64,000 bases of DNA from Octopus vulgaris (GCA_951406725.2 OX597817.1:136834001-136898000), one strand, 5' to 3'. Counted from the first letter of the stretch, positions 14,150-27,637 are shown. A program made the numbers and translations. The notes: generated from the sequence alone by a model not told the origin.

Positions 14150-14450
14150 CATCATCATCATCATCATCATCGTTTAACATCCATTTTCCATGCTAGCATG
14201 GGTTGGACGGTTCGACTGGGGTCTAGGAAGCCAGGAGGCTGCACCAGGCTCCAGTCTGATCTGGCAGTGTTTCTACAGCTGGATGCCCTTCCTAACACCA
14301 ACCACTCCGTGAGTGTAGTGGGTGCTTTTTACATGCCACCGGCACAGGTGCCAGGCGAGGCTGGCAATGGCCACGATCGGTTGGTGCTTTTTACGTGCCA
14401 CCGGCACTGGCAACGACCACGTTCAGATGGTGCATTTTATGTGCCACCAG
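14150..14450 (-). mobile_element. (GAT)n-tailed retroposon in reverse orientation; further copies at 24960-25130, 32465-32710, 40155-40550, 45060-45160, 52870-52950 and 63735-64000
   Basis: catcatcgtttaacatccattttccatgctagcatgggttggacgg... is the reverse complement of the 1720-2058 family. Confidence 0.8.
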
Positions 14451-16907
14451 TACTCTAGAATAGAAACATTTAACGCAGCTAAGACATTGTAGTTTAACCA
14501 ATCAGCTGTTGTCCCTTACAACAACATAAAAACGGCAAAAGTTTCTGTAGTTGAACCAGTCAGATATGCTCTCTCATACAACAAAAGAAACCATTGCTAT
14601 TTTGATCTTTACACTTTATTACATTTCTCTTCAATTTTAATCCAGTAAAATTACTATTGCCAGTAGAAGAATCAATAAAGATCCAGGTCTTATGTCTAAA
14701 ATATTGAGTTATTAAATAACACCAACTGTTTGATGATGCTTATGTAATAGTGTTGGAGATGCATGAATATCACAGATTGCTGTTTGCTGCACTTTTTCAA
14801 TCTACAATGCTTCATGTCTACAAATGTAACCATTTCCTAAGAGAAATTGCTTTAATCTGCTCCCATAGTGTCTTCCTTGCTGTTTCCAATCAACCTCTTC
14901 ACCAAAAAATATTTCTTTTAGTTAAGCCCATGCTCAAGTTTTGTCATTGTTCTTGAAAGGCTTTTATTTATTTAGTTGATTTGAAAAATTTTAGGCATTT
15001 GTGTTAGGGAAGGGTTTAAATTAGAACTTTGACATACAAAACGAAATGCTTTAACATTCAATTCTTCATATATTGTTCCTACGATCTTCGCCATCTCTAT
15101 GCTTGTTACCACCATCACTACTACTACTACTTTCTTTGTACTATGCCATCACCATTATTCTGCAAGGCTACCTCGTGTTGTTTTACTATTTCTGTGAAGC
15201 TGGATCTACGGCAGTTGCGACACTGGACTTCTGAATTAGTAGCTTCTCTACAGAAGATTAATCACTAATCTCTCTCCCTACTTAAATGTAAAATCAATTA
15301 TCATAGACTCTCTTTCATTCCATTTAGACTGTTCCATTCAAAGAAAGACTACACAGGCAACATGGGTGCTGACCTTCTCCAATTTAACCCTCCCCCCCTC
15401 TCGACTTTTATTTATACTCTTCCAGTTCTTGACTGTTTTGAATGTCCTCTGTTTTCCAGTAAAGTTAGACATTCAGCTTTTCTCTTTCTGATATTTATTT
15501 CATCTGATTTGCTTCCAAGCTTTCCTCAATTCTTATTTTGTCTACTGTTTCATGTAAAATTCCTGTTTGCATGCAAACATGTATTCCAATATATTTGTTT
15601 ATATTTCTATAAATACACACATTCCTATCATTATTGATTTATTTCTGTTTCTTCATATTATAACAAATGTAAACAAACAAGGCAAAAATTGTTTTGTAGA
15701 TATTTGCTGCATTTATTTTTTTCCTTTCCATAAACATTTAGTACGTATGAATGTAGTGTGCACACATACACACACACACGTACGTATATGTGTGTTATAA
15801 ATATGTGTGTTTATATGTGTGAGTGTACTTGTCTATATTTTTATGTATGCGTTTATACTGTTTCAGTACAAAAGTAGATCTACTTAATTATAATAATTAG
15901 ATACATTTAATTATGATTATTTAGCCAAACAACACTTCCCCCAAAAAAACAATTTTCAACTTTGATATTATCTGCTGTTATTTCTTTTCATTTCCATTTT
16001 TTCCCTTTCACTTCATCTTTTATTCACACAAATCTGTTCATCACTTTCTTTCTTTCTGATTTCTAAATCCCTGTCTTTGCTCTAGCATTCCTTCTTCCAT
16101 ATCACTACATACCAGTAATATATCACATACTTTCACATCTTTTAAATTTCTGCTACTCTTCCCTTGGAGAACCTGTAAATGGTTATTCAACTTTGAAATA
16201 GCAGTCAAATTTTCCTCAAGTTACATTATACTGTAACCAAACATGTTGGAATGTGGTATTCAGTTTCTACCCATAGGAAAAAAAAAAAAAGGATGGTCAT
16301 ACCAGAATGCCATTGATTCTAAAACTTTCTCAATTTAGGTTGATCTGGCTTTTAACAACAATCCCTAGTCCCCCATACCAGCATGTTTGATGTCTTCTCC
16401 TCAAGTTTGTGAGTCACACCTTGTAGCTGTTTCTTTTATTCATTTATCTTATCTCCTCCTTATTTCCACTCCTTGTTGCCATTCACTGCAGCCAGTTTAT
16501 GTTGCCACCTGTTCAGTGTTGCAGTCATATCTCTCACAACACACTTCTCTTACATCGGACCATTTAGTTTAACTCCATTGAAGTTAGAGCATGCTTACAG
16601 AGATTGGTTTACAGCATGTGACTCTCTCGTAAGCCAATCATCTCTTCAGCTTTAAGACAATCCTCTCTTAACATTTCATCCTGAGCAGTTGATAATCCTG
16701 AATCCTTTTGGGTTATTGCAGTTTGATGTTAATCAAATTGTAAATTTAAAATATTTATATTAGAGAAACTAAGATTGTTTTACTTTGTGATTCTGTTTTA
16801 ATTGATAAACAGTTAATCCAAGAAAGTGACTCAACACGGATGGAAATCTTAATTGAGAAAATTACTATTTTTAAATCTTACAACAAGAGATATTAAGTGA
16901 TAGTACT

Positions 16908-17049
16908 TTGTTTGCCAACGTAACATGCCAGTCCTGGTGTAGGATGAATGTTGCTGTAATTTAGCCCCAGCTGGAGACGATGTCTCCTGGGGCTAAATTA
17001 TAGCAACATTTGTCCTAAACCAGGACTGTCATGTTATATTGGCAAACAA
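16908..17049. repeat. 142-nt near-perfect inverted repeat (hairpin)
   Basis: 68-bp arms with 7 differences, a 3-nt bulge and a 3-nt loop (gagac-gat-gtctc). Confidence 0.9.
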
Positions 17050-18962
17050 TCTTAATTTAATTCATAAATAATTTAAAATATTGACTGTCTTTAATCTTTA
17101 ATCCTAATTACAATATGCTGGAAGAAAAAAAAATTAAAAGAAAATGTGTGTGTAAGTAATAACATATACTTATGTATGTGTATACAAATACATTTGTGTG
17201 TGTGTTTATCTACACCTATAAATCAACAAATACAGATCAATAGAATAAATAATGGGCTAAAGAAAGTACTGGCAAGGAGAGGAGAGGAGGTTCTGCTAAA
17301 CTAGTGTCTGAATTGTGAAGAGACTGATGGAGGGCTGTGATAAGCCTTTCACAACTCTTTCTCTCCATAAAAAGTAGCAGGAGGTCTGTATACTAAAAAC
17401 TTTATTCAACAACTAATCATCTAGATCAGCTTCCAGTTTGGATAAGAGAAAGATATCACCCACCTCATCATGTTCCCAAATGTTAAAGATTGTGTTAAGA
17501 CAATTTTTAAATTATTTGATTCTGGACAACATCATTGTAATTATGGGAACATTTGGTAGACTATTCCGCAGAGAATCAAAATGGGTTCATATCATTATCA
17601 TGAGAATTTAACATCCACGTTAGATGGTTTGATAAAATCCAACATGTCTGAAGACAGTGTTGGACTCTAGGATTCATTTTGATATGGTTTCTATAGCTGG
17701 ATGTTCTTCCCAATGCCAACCACTTTATAAATTTTGCATTACCGTCATTGATTGTTGCAAATATGTTCCACAGTTTTCAACTCCTCACTTTTCATGTCAT
17801 TACCACTTGAGGTATACTCTCTCTATTGAATGCAACTTGTTGTAAATCTGTGATTGCTTATTATAACTGTTTTATTGTAAACAAACTCACCAGACATTAT
17901 CATTTTACATACCTTCTTTATAATAGTTATATTGTAAAGGGATTGACAAAACATTCATTTGCAGCAACAGACCATTTTTTTATGTAGATTCCTCTAAAAC
18001 CATGATTTCAGGTTGTAGTAACAAACTGCTTCCAGAATCCTTTGTCATCTGCTGTCATTAATAAGATTAAACCAAAGTCTCATTGAGCTTTTGAAATTAT
18101 CAGAATGAAAAGAGTTTGGTTGTTCTAAAAACTCAATTCTCAACAACTGTTGATATGTCTTTGAGCGAAACATCTCCATTGAAATATTTGAGTGGAGTTC
18201 AGGTGATGGTGCCCTAAATGTCTTCCAAAGCAAAGCTGCAGATTAAATAGCTGAGTAGATAATCTGTTGAACTCACTAGCCCTTGATTTTTAGGTTTAGT
18301 CCCACTGCTGTTATATTCCTTTATTTCCTGGACAGCAGACATTATTTTCCAAGCCTTGTTTCTCTTAGTTGTCAAGATGAAGTACCAAATTACACAAAAG
18401 AAGTTAGCTGTGAAATGTTACTGTCTTAACCAGGGGTACGTGTAGTTCTCATCTATTTAATGCCACAGAATCTATGAGATAATAAACATCGATCCAGTAG
18501 CCTCTGGAATTGACAAACTATTAATCAAATGATTTAAAATACATTCAACTAACATTCTTTGTTATATTATATGTAGTGGCAGTGACACTACACCTTTCTC
18601 AAGTCATTAGGAACTATGAAAACATCAAACAAGGGAAGTTCTTTCTTGAGGAGATCACTCAACTTGATGCATGATTATTGCAATAAACGGTTTTTTTTAA
18701 AAAGAAAAGGAAAAATGCATTTTTCTTGTATTTTTCAGTTCTAAAACTATTTTATGTCCTTAGTTTGTTACTTCACTTTTTTTCTTCTCCAAAAGTGTTG
18801 TATAGGATTTGCATAGTTATCAGTAAAGTAATAATCGTAAAATAAACATAACAAGTTACTGTTATCTTTCTTATGGTGTTTTTATGCATTCTGTAGTGAC
18901 TCTGCCTTTAGACTAGGATTGCTAAACGAAATAACTAATAAGAATATTTTCAATCTTTTTAG

Positions 18963-19281
18963 CAACAACAAAAATTACAAGAACAATTACTGCACCAGCT
19001 GAATGAACAGCTGCAACTCAACATTCTACAGCAATCTCAACTCTTGCAACAGCAACAGCAGCAACAGCAACCACAGCAGAATGTGTCAGGTGTACAGTCA
19101 GGTCCCCTCCATAGTTCGGTTACAGCATCAGAAAAAAATAAAAATAGCAAACAGATGAAGCAACGAATGCATGAGTTAAGTATACAACAACAACAGTTAA
19201 TACAACAGATACAGTTCCAACAACGGCAGTTCCTTTTATCCCAGGGAATCGGACTTGTACAGCCATTTGGGGTACCTCAAA
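18963..19281 (+). CDS. FoxP: FoxP coding exon B (319 nt, phase 0-1): QQQKLQEQLLHQLNEQLQLNILQQ...polyQ...QRQFLLSQGIGLVQPFGVPQ
   Basis: tcttttttag-type acceptor ending 18962; CAAA|GTGAGT donor at 19282; phases match exons A and C; Q-rich and similar to the FOXP2 polyQ exons. Confidence 0.92.
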
Positions 19282-19395
19282 GTGAGTAAACTTTATTATT
19301 TTTAACATATTTCTAATAAATAGTCACAACAACAATATTATTTATGCATGTTTACTTTGGCTCATCTTGATGTGTTGTTGTTATTATTAGTTAGT

Positions 19396-19735
19396 GAAGG
19401 CGTATGGCTCAGTGGGTTGGAGCATCGAACTTATGATCGTGAGGTTGTGAGTTCGATTCCCGGACCGGGCTGCGTGTTGTTTTCTTGAGCAAGACACTTT
19501 ATTTCACGTTGCTCCAGTTAACTCAGCTGTGGAAATTAGTTGTGACATCACTGGTGCCAAGCTGTATTGGCCCCTTTGCCTTTCCCTTCGATAACATCAG
19601 TGGTGTGGAGAGGGGAGGCTGGTATGCATGAGCAACTGCTGGCCTTCCATAAACAACTTTGCCCGGACTTGTGCCTTGGACAGTAACTTTCTAGGTGCAA
19701 TCCCATGGTCATTCTTGACTGCAGGGGGTCTCCTC
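19396..19735 (+). mobile_element. tRNA-derived SINE, same family as 1367-1625
   Basis: TGGCTCAGTGG ... GTTCGATTCCC head; shared body ttgagcaagacactttatttcacgttgctccag. Confidence 0.8.
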
Positions 19736-20319
19736 CATTATTAGTTAGGGTGATGAATGGCAGAAGTTGTAGAATTCCTAACCAAATGCCTTGCTGTATT
19801 ATGTTCTCGTATATTCCATGTTCAAACCTGTTGGAGATGATTTTACATTTCATCTTTCCAGGATCCATAAATTGAGCTCCTATCAAGTCCTAGTAACTAA
19901 ACTCTCTTCTTCCAAATGTCTGACCATTGTTATTAATATTGACATATTTTCAACACCTAATAACCATTCTCACTCTTGCCTCCTCCATACGCTTGTGTGT
20001 GTGTGTGTGTGTGGCAGTTGTATAAAGAAGAGCTACATACACAAAATGACTGGGCCCTAAAGAGGAGAGACACCTGAGCAGACATGGAGAAGAAGTCTTG
20101 GAGGTTGCGCTTAAGCATGTATCTCTTGAAGATGGCAAAAGACTGTTGACTGGTGACTCAGTACTAGAGGCAACTGTCTAATTGTATAAACAATGCTAAA
20201 CGAACTTGAAAATTGAGGCTAGTGATGGAGGCATAAAATACATATAATTAGTCTTAATTTCAGTTCATCTTCCACACACTTCCACTCATTCATATACGTA
20301 GCTTGCACCCCCACATATT

Positions 20320-20450
20320 ACATACACATCTACCACACATGCACACACACACACACACACACACACTTCCATTTCCTGACATGTACAAAAAAACCTTTCA
20401 CACATGCCAATATAGACACATGTGCAGACATACATGTACATATGTATACA

Positions 20451-20485
<35 letters not shown>

Positions 20486-20940
20486 CAGCACCAATGCACT
20501 GACACACACACACACCCACACATTCACACTCATGTACACACAAATACATATACACACACACAGCAATACCAATGCACTCACACACTTGTCACTTTGCTTT
20601 TCACACACACACACACATCTGTATGCATATACTCACACACTCATACACACACAGCAACACCAATGCACTCACAAACTTGTCACCTTGCCTCACACTGCCA
20701 AATTTAACCATGGCTGCTGGCCTGTCCACACCACTCCTTTACATATATACTTTACTCACACTAACACAAACACATGTGCACACAGATACTACTACTACTA
20801 CTACCACCACCACCACTACTACTACCACCACTACTACTACTACTACTGCCACTATCACTGCTACCTCCGCCACCACCACTACTACTACTTATTTCTTTAC
20901 TACCCACAAGGGGCTACTACTACTACTACTACTACCACAA
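20320..20940. repeat. Compound (CA)n / (ACT,ACC)n simple repeat
   Basis: Direct reading; explains several low-complexity ORFs. Confidence 0.9.
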
Positions 20941-21273
20941 ACACTGGCCATTTTTGCACTCTCCTGCCTTAAAATCCTCTTTTCCCTGTCTCTCTCCACT
21001 TCTGCTAAGTAACCAAACACATGCTTTTCTTGAACTATTCTCCCATCTCCAGGTCTTTCCTCTCTCCTTTTTCTGATGAAGAGCCATGTTTAAAACATTA
21101 TACACTCACTCTTTTTTCCATCTTATACATTCTGTGTGTACGTCCTTTTTACTTTTGTTGGTTTTTATTTTTGATTTTTGACTGTCCCTCTCGCTTCTGA
21201 CTGAAGTCAGACGCCATGATAGATCGTTAGCTACTACACGCATTTTTTTTCTCTCCTTGTTTTTTTCTGTGTA

Positions 21274-21311
21274 TCTTTCTGTTGAAGAGCGTAGGCTCGA
21301 AACATAAAAGA
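21274..21311 (+). ncRNA. Minimal type I hammerhead-ribozyme-like motif with a core substitution; probably Penelope-like element derived
   Basis: TCTTT-CTGTTGA-A-GAGC(GTAG)GCTC-GAAAC-ATA-AAAGA: stem I, CUGANGA-like box, stem II and GAAA box in the correct order; degenerate sibling at 21073. Confidence 0.5.
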
Positions 21312-21399
21312 CTTTTTCTATTCCTGAGTGCTATACTAATACATTTGTTTGTTTGTACACCACCAGCCTTCATCTTTTGTTTATTTTCGTAAACTTTCC

Positions 21400-21448
<49 letters not shown>

Positions 21449-23924
21449 CTTTGTATGTATTAGCTTGTTCCCCCACCATTGCTTGACAACCGATGTTGGT
21501 GTGTTTACATCCCCGTAACTTAGTGGTTCAGCAAAAGAGACTGATAGAATAAGTACTAGGCTTAAAAAGAACAAGTTCTGGGGTCGATTTGTTTCATCTA
21601 AAGGTGGTGTTCAATCATGGGCGCGAGAGAGATACTGTTTAATTTAATTTGCTGTTCCCTCTCCTTCTGTAACCCCCCCTCCATACTCTCTCCTATTCAC
21701 TGAGCCATGCTTCTAATCTGATGAGAGAGGGTATTGAACCTGCATATGTACTCGGTGCCACTCCCACAATCTTCATCATAAGGCATTTGTATAAGGCACT
21801 GCATCAGGTCTTCTCTCCCCTACACTCTACCCTAAATCACTTGTTGTTGACAGCCATCATTCACTCTCTTTTTCCAATCTCCGCTTTCGTTACCTTCTCT
21901 TCCTCTCTTTCCCTTCTTACTGTAATCAGTCTTCCTCTCTTTACCTACTCATCATGGCTCTTTTGCCAGGTCTCCTTCTTTCTCTTCCTTTACCCCTTCC
22001 TCCTCTCTCCCCCATCTATTCCCCCTCTAATCTCTCTCTATTTCCTTCCCCCTCTTCTCCTTCTCCCCCTCCTCTCTTCCAGCCTCATGCCCCTCCCCTC
22101 TTCTCTCACCCACATACCCCTCCCTCTCATCTTCCACCCCCACATCCACCCCCACATCCACCTATCCCTCTCCCCACCTTCTGCCTTGAACATTCCTTTG
22201 AACTTAAGAACACATCATAGAATGGTGAGTCTGACTGCTTTCTTCGAAGGTTACAAGTCAACCCTACTACTATGTTAAGGACTCTCAAAAAGACCCTCAG
22301 AACTCTCTGACAAAAGGGGTCGAGAGGACCCTTTAGTGCGTCAATAGAATAACAACTTCTGTAGCGGTGGGGAGCCACAATAGAATGCAATCAGTGCACT
22401 GTGCAATAAGAAGGACATCCAGCCATAAAAACCTAACCATTAATGGAGATGTGGTTCTCTAATCCATTTCAGGAACTGTAAACAAGGACTGATTAATTAT
22501 AATAGGATGACCTCTCCAACCCATGCTAGGATGGAAAACAGACGTAAAGTAACAATGGGGATGAGGAAGAGGATACACACACACACAATGTAGATCTTGT
22601 TATATTGTGTTTTGTTGGTAATATATAGTATAATTAATTATATGGATGTAGCAACAAACAGTGATGTCTAGCCAGCGCTGTTGGCAAATATGTAATCTAG
22701 GACAAGCTGTTGCATGGTTTGGTCAGTGGCAACTACAGTGGTTCATAAATACATATAATTAATATACAGTGATGTATTAGGATTACAGAGAAGACATATT
22801 TTGAAAGTGGAGGGGTGGTGGTGGGAGGCGGGGGAGATTGTATTGATTCACTTTCGTATTAATCCCCTGATGGAATAAGGATGAAATCAGGTCATGGTGA
22901 GAATTGAACTTAGGACCAACGAGGCTGTAAAGAATATGAAAAGCAAGTCTGTAAAAGAATGTCCCCGTATCTTCTCTCTCTGTAACCACTGCATGTGCAA
23001 ATGTCTTGGAACCTGGTGAAAACTGAGCCTATGAACTGAGTCCATTGACTGAGTCTGTGAAATGCATGATTATGATGGTGTCTGAAGATGAAAAGCCAGC
23101 AAGACAGTGATTAGTTAATTAATTGTTAATTAATTAAAATATTAAACCCAGCAGTTGCCCCAAGGAAGCAACACAAAAGAGTGACATTGTGTGTTATATG
23201 TGATGGGGCTGGTGAGGGTGGAGGGTAAGTGTATAGTACTGTGGGGGTAAGGTGTTAGATTGTGTCAGAGTATATCAAAGGTGGTGGGGGTTAGAGGTCT
23301 ATAGGAAGATAAGAGAGAGAGGAGAGATTAAAAGTGAGATGAATAATGGTGGGATAAAGTCTATATTGTTTTATCACGTCCCTCTTTCCTTCCCCTCTAT
23401 CTCTGTTCTCCTTCTTCTCTCTCTCTCTCCCTTCTCTCCAAGTGGTTTGAATTCAGAACTGCTGTTGTGGAATCAACCTGGTGCCACTGTCATCGTCACA
23501 GTGACCATATACTTTACCACCATTGACATCATCACCATCATCACTATCACCATCTTCAGCGCCATCATCAGCATTATTACCACCATCACCTTCACCAACT
23601 TCATCACCACCATCCTGACTACCACCACCACCATTGTCATCATGGTTGTATTTAATATCTTAAATAGTCTAATCTGGCCACAGCTGTCACCCAACACATT
23701 GTGGACATTTATCACTGTGGACATTCATTACTAAAGCAACAGTTTTAATGATTTATAAACAGTATCATGGTTTTAATTTGTTCTTATGACTTGCCAGAGA
23801 GAGAGAGTAGACAGTTGGACAATATACCTTGCAATAGTTAGTTGCATTTCTCTGTGTTCTGATTTCAAATCCTGCTGAGGTCAACTTGGACGTTCATCTC
23901 TCCAGAGGTCAGTAGAATAAAGTA

Positions 23925-24243
23925 CAGTGGAACCTTGGGTTATGAACGTCTTCCATCACAAACAAATCGGTTTTCAAACAATTTTTAGATATAAAACGTC
24001 TCAGGTGACAATCAGTGTCTCAAGTAGTGACCACACAAGCCAGCAACAACAGTTGATGACAGCTGTGAATATCAATAGGAGAGCATCAGTTTGTGTCTAG
24101 CGTCTGCTCAGTGCACACCCCTGCTTAAATTCACTGTGCCTCCTCTTGAATATCCTATGGGGAACGTAGTTTTGGCTTACAAATATTTCAGGTGATGAAC
24201 AGCCTTCAGGAATGAATTAAATTTGTAAATCAAGGTTCCACTG
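23925..24243. mobile_element. Tc1/mariner (pogo/Tigger-like) MITE, 319 bp, inserted at the end of a SINE fragment
   Basis: TA|CAGTGGAACCTTG ... CAAGGTTCCACTG|TA: perfect 13-bp TIR with TA target duplication. Confidence 0.85.
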
Positions 24244-27199
24244 TATTATTAAAATATACAAGAGAAAGAAGGAGAGAAAAAAAAAAGGAAACTGAACGTA
24301 TAATACATAACTTAGAAGCAGTGCTACGGATGTGCCTGCATGCACAAGCTTGAGACATGGCTGCCCTCATACACTTTCCATGAGGAATTCCAGAAGGAGC
24401 CTTGTGAGACCACTGCAGAGACGCTTCTGGGAGGGGGGAAAAAACCATTGGAAAACCGATTATAGCAGTGACTTGATCAGTTCCTAGGGATATTTGAAGA
24501 AGAAATTTTTATATTCCAAACAGACTATAGATGATTAAATTATAACAGTTATTATAGACCATAGTTGCTATTATAGTGCATTGTTGTGCCATTCAAGACA
24601 TTATTTTTTTTTACTCTAGAGTAGGCCTGACTGACTACCACCCCACCTGACTATGTGGCCTTATACCTGTGTTAAATGTTAATTAGTTCACGCACACACA
24701 TTTTATACATCATCTGTTCTACATCATCAAGGCACATAACTCTGTTCTAGAATGCCTGGTCAATTGAAAAGAGATTGTTGTCCAACTTCACAGTTAAGTG
24801 ATTCAACTGTAAAAATGTTACAACCAACGCAAAATATCATCTTAAACGATTCAAGCAGAAAAATGGATGCAAAATGGTTGTGTGTGTGTAATGTGTGTTT
24901 GTATTTGTATATGTATGCATATGCATTCACACATGCACTCATACACACGTGCACACATACCATCATCATTATCATTGACATCACATCGTCGTTTAATGTT
25001 CGTTTTCTATTCTGGCATGGGTTGGACAGTTTGACCAAAGCCAGTGAGCCAGAGGACTGTATCAAGCTCTAGTGTCTGCTTTGCTATGTTTTCTATGGCT
25101 AGATGCCCTTCCTAACACCAACCATTTCATAGAGTGTATGTTTATCTATTGTATGTATGTTTATATTAAATACGACATAAAGAGTGAATGTTTATATATA
25201 GGGCCTCCTCTATTGGTTAAATTTATCCACACAAATTTTTCCTGAGGTTGACTAGCAGTTGCTCATGCATGCTGGCTTCTCCACTCCCATCCTCTCAGTT
25301 CATGCCTCTGATGTTTACCAAAAAGAAAACTGACACAGCTTGGTACCAGTGTTGTTGTAGGTTTTAATATCAGAACCCAAACAGGGGCCAACAGACATCA
25401 TCTTGTCTGACCCTCCGACTGTTCCACCAACAAACCACCCCACTTGATTGCTTCATATTTTTACTGATAAGATGAAAGATAAAGTTGAATTAGGCAGGAT
25501 TTGAACTCAGAACAGAGACAGTTGCAACAAAAACCAAGGGGCATTTCTAGCCACCATTCTAATGACTCTTGTTTATTCATAACCCTATATACAAGTGGAT
25601 TGCCTGTTCATGAGTTCAAATCTCTTATGTGTTATGTGTCTCTTTGTGTTTCTGGACAAAATGGTCTTCTCTCAAAATATCTGTGTCTGTTTATTTAGCT
25701 GTATGGTACCACTTCTCCATGCATACGTGTATCTGTTTATCTTGCCATGGGATATCACATCCCTATATACATGTTTGTCTAGCTGTATGGTATGATTTTC
25801 CACAAACACACACATATGTGTACATAGACAAATATATATATACACATATATTTGTCTGTATGTGTATACATACACATTTATACATGTCTGTTTATCTTGC
25901 TGTGGGATTTAGGGGCCATTTTAATCTGGGTTCAGCTGCTTAGGAGATAGTCTGTGCATGTGTCTGCTTATCTACCCAACTCTAATGTTATCTCAAGTAT
26001 GCACTCCATGCTGGCTTGAGCCCTTGGTTGAACAGGTTGTCACCATCCAAATAATTTTTATTCGAAATTACTGTCATTATAGGCTGGTCTGACAACTATG
26101 TTTCATTCAGACATCTCATTCACATCAAATGAAATATAGTATACAATATTAATTATAAAGGATGTGTGTGTGTGTCTGCATTTGTACATTTGTTAGGGAC
26201 ACTGTGTAAAGAATGGTGAGAGGAATGAAGAAAAGCAATGCAAGAGTCAGTGGAACTTTGGAGGCGGGGATGAGAAGAATTATGTCTGTGAGGTGAAAGA
26301 GTAACAATAAAATATGAAGGAGAGAGAGAGAGACGCTCCTATAAAAGACAGACAATATGGAGGATCTAAGGACATAGTGACTAAACAGGAGTAACAGGAA
26401 TAATATGGAGTATATAAAGACACTGACTAAATAGAAATAACAGAGAGAAGAGATGAAAACATGGCAACTGTTTTCTTCTTTTGTCCTTCACTTATGTTTT
26501 TGTCATAATTGAAATTATATTTTTATGTTAATTATTCATTAAGCAAATTGGAAAAAAATATTTGCAAAGAAAATAATGTAATGTTGGTCCATTGTTCAAA
26601 GAAGCTTATAGTGTGTGTGTGTCTGTGTTTACAATATGAAAGTGTAAGCAAAAGTGAGAGTGTGAGTGGCAGTTGGAATAAAGAAATGAGACTGAGTGTG
26701 GAATTATCTACTAAGAGAGAGAGAGAGATACTGACCATAGTGTGTACATTGTATCACATGATCAAAAGCATTTGTCATTGGACCTATCACGTGATCAGCA
26801 GAAAGAAATGAAAACAATTTGTTTGTCTATTTACTTATATTTCTATGCCAGAGTTAGAAATTCATTCTGTTCCTGCCATACTGGTTTGGTAAATAATTTG
26901 AGACAACCTGTTCAAATGTTCATGATGAAACAATTACAGCATGGAACAGTCATTCTAACCATTTCACAACACAAAACTGTTTCATTTACTTCTCAGTAGT
27001 ACCGTCTACTGCAAAGTATCTAAATGTGTTGTCACACTTCAATGATGTGATCATTGCCCTGTATCTGTTAAAAATCTCTTACTGTTAAGTTTTAATAAAT
27101 GTGGGTGGTTGGGTGGCTGGCTTGTTTTGTTTGTATCACTTTAATCTATGTTTCAGATATATTTCATATGAGTTTAATATATATTTCAAATGTATTTAA

Positions 27200-27637
27200 C
27201 CCATTAACTGCCAAATCTCTTTTATTCATATTTTTTGACTTTGCCTAAATTTTCTTCATATGTGAATTATTTTGGAAATTATGATAAATTTTTTTGAAAA
27301 GTCCCAAATGGGGATTGCTGAAAAAAAAGCATACTTATCCTTTTCTATTCAATTGCAATAATAAACAGTTTAGTTTTTCAAAACTATAGTATCAAGTGTG
27401 AATGTGTATGAAATACCAATGAATGATATAAATGGGAAATGGGGGGAAAAATATGTTTTCAAAACAGTCAACATTTTTGTAGAATTAGCCAGAGCTAATA
27501 ATAACTAACTTTAACCACCAAATATTATTAAATACACCTCTGCAAATGCAATGTACATAAGCAATTCACTTTAAATACAACCAGCAGTGAGACTCTTTGT
27601 AGCAGATCTCCAAATAGGGCTCATGGAAGACAGTGGG
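27200..27637. mobile_element. piggyBac-like MITE, 438 bp
   Basis: TTAA|CCCATTAACTGCCA ... TGGAAGACAGTGGG|TTAA: TTAA duplication, CCC/GGG ends, imperfect TIR. Confidence 0.65.

Noticed and set aside
20286-21076. His/Thr- and Cys/Val-rich ORFs
   Set aside because: Products of (CA)n and (ACT/ACC)n microsatellites
22300-22345. CTGACAA plus an AAGGGGTC/GACCCTTT hairpin as a third hammerhead
   Set aside because: No GAAA box after stem II and no clear stem I
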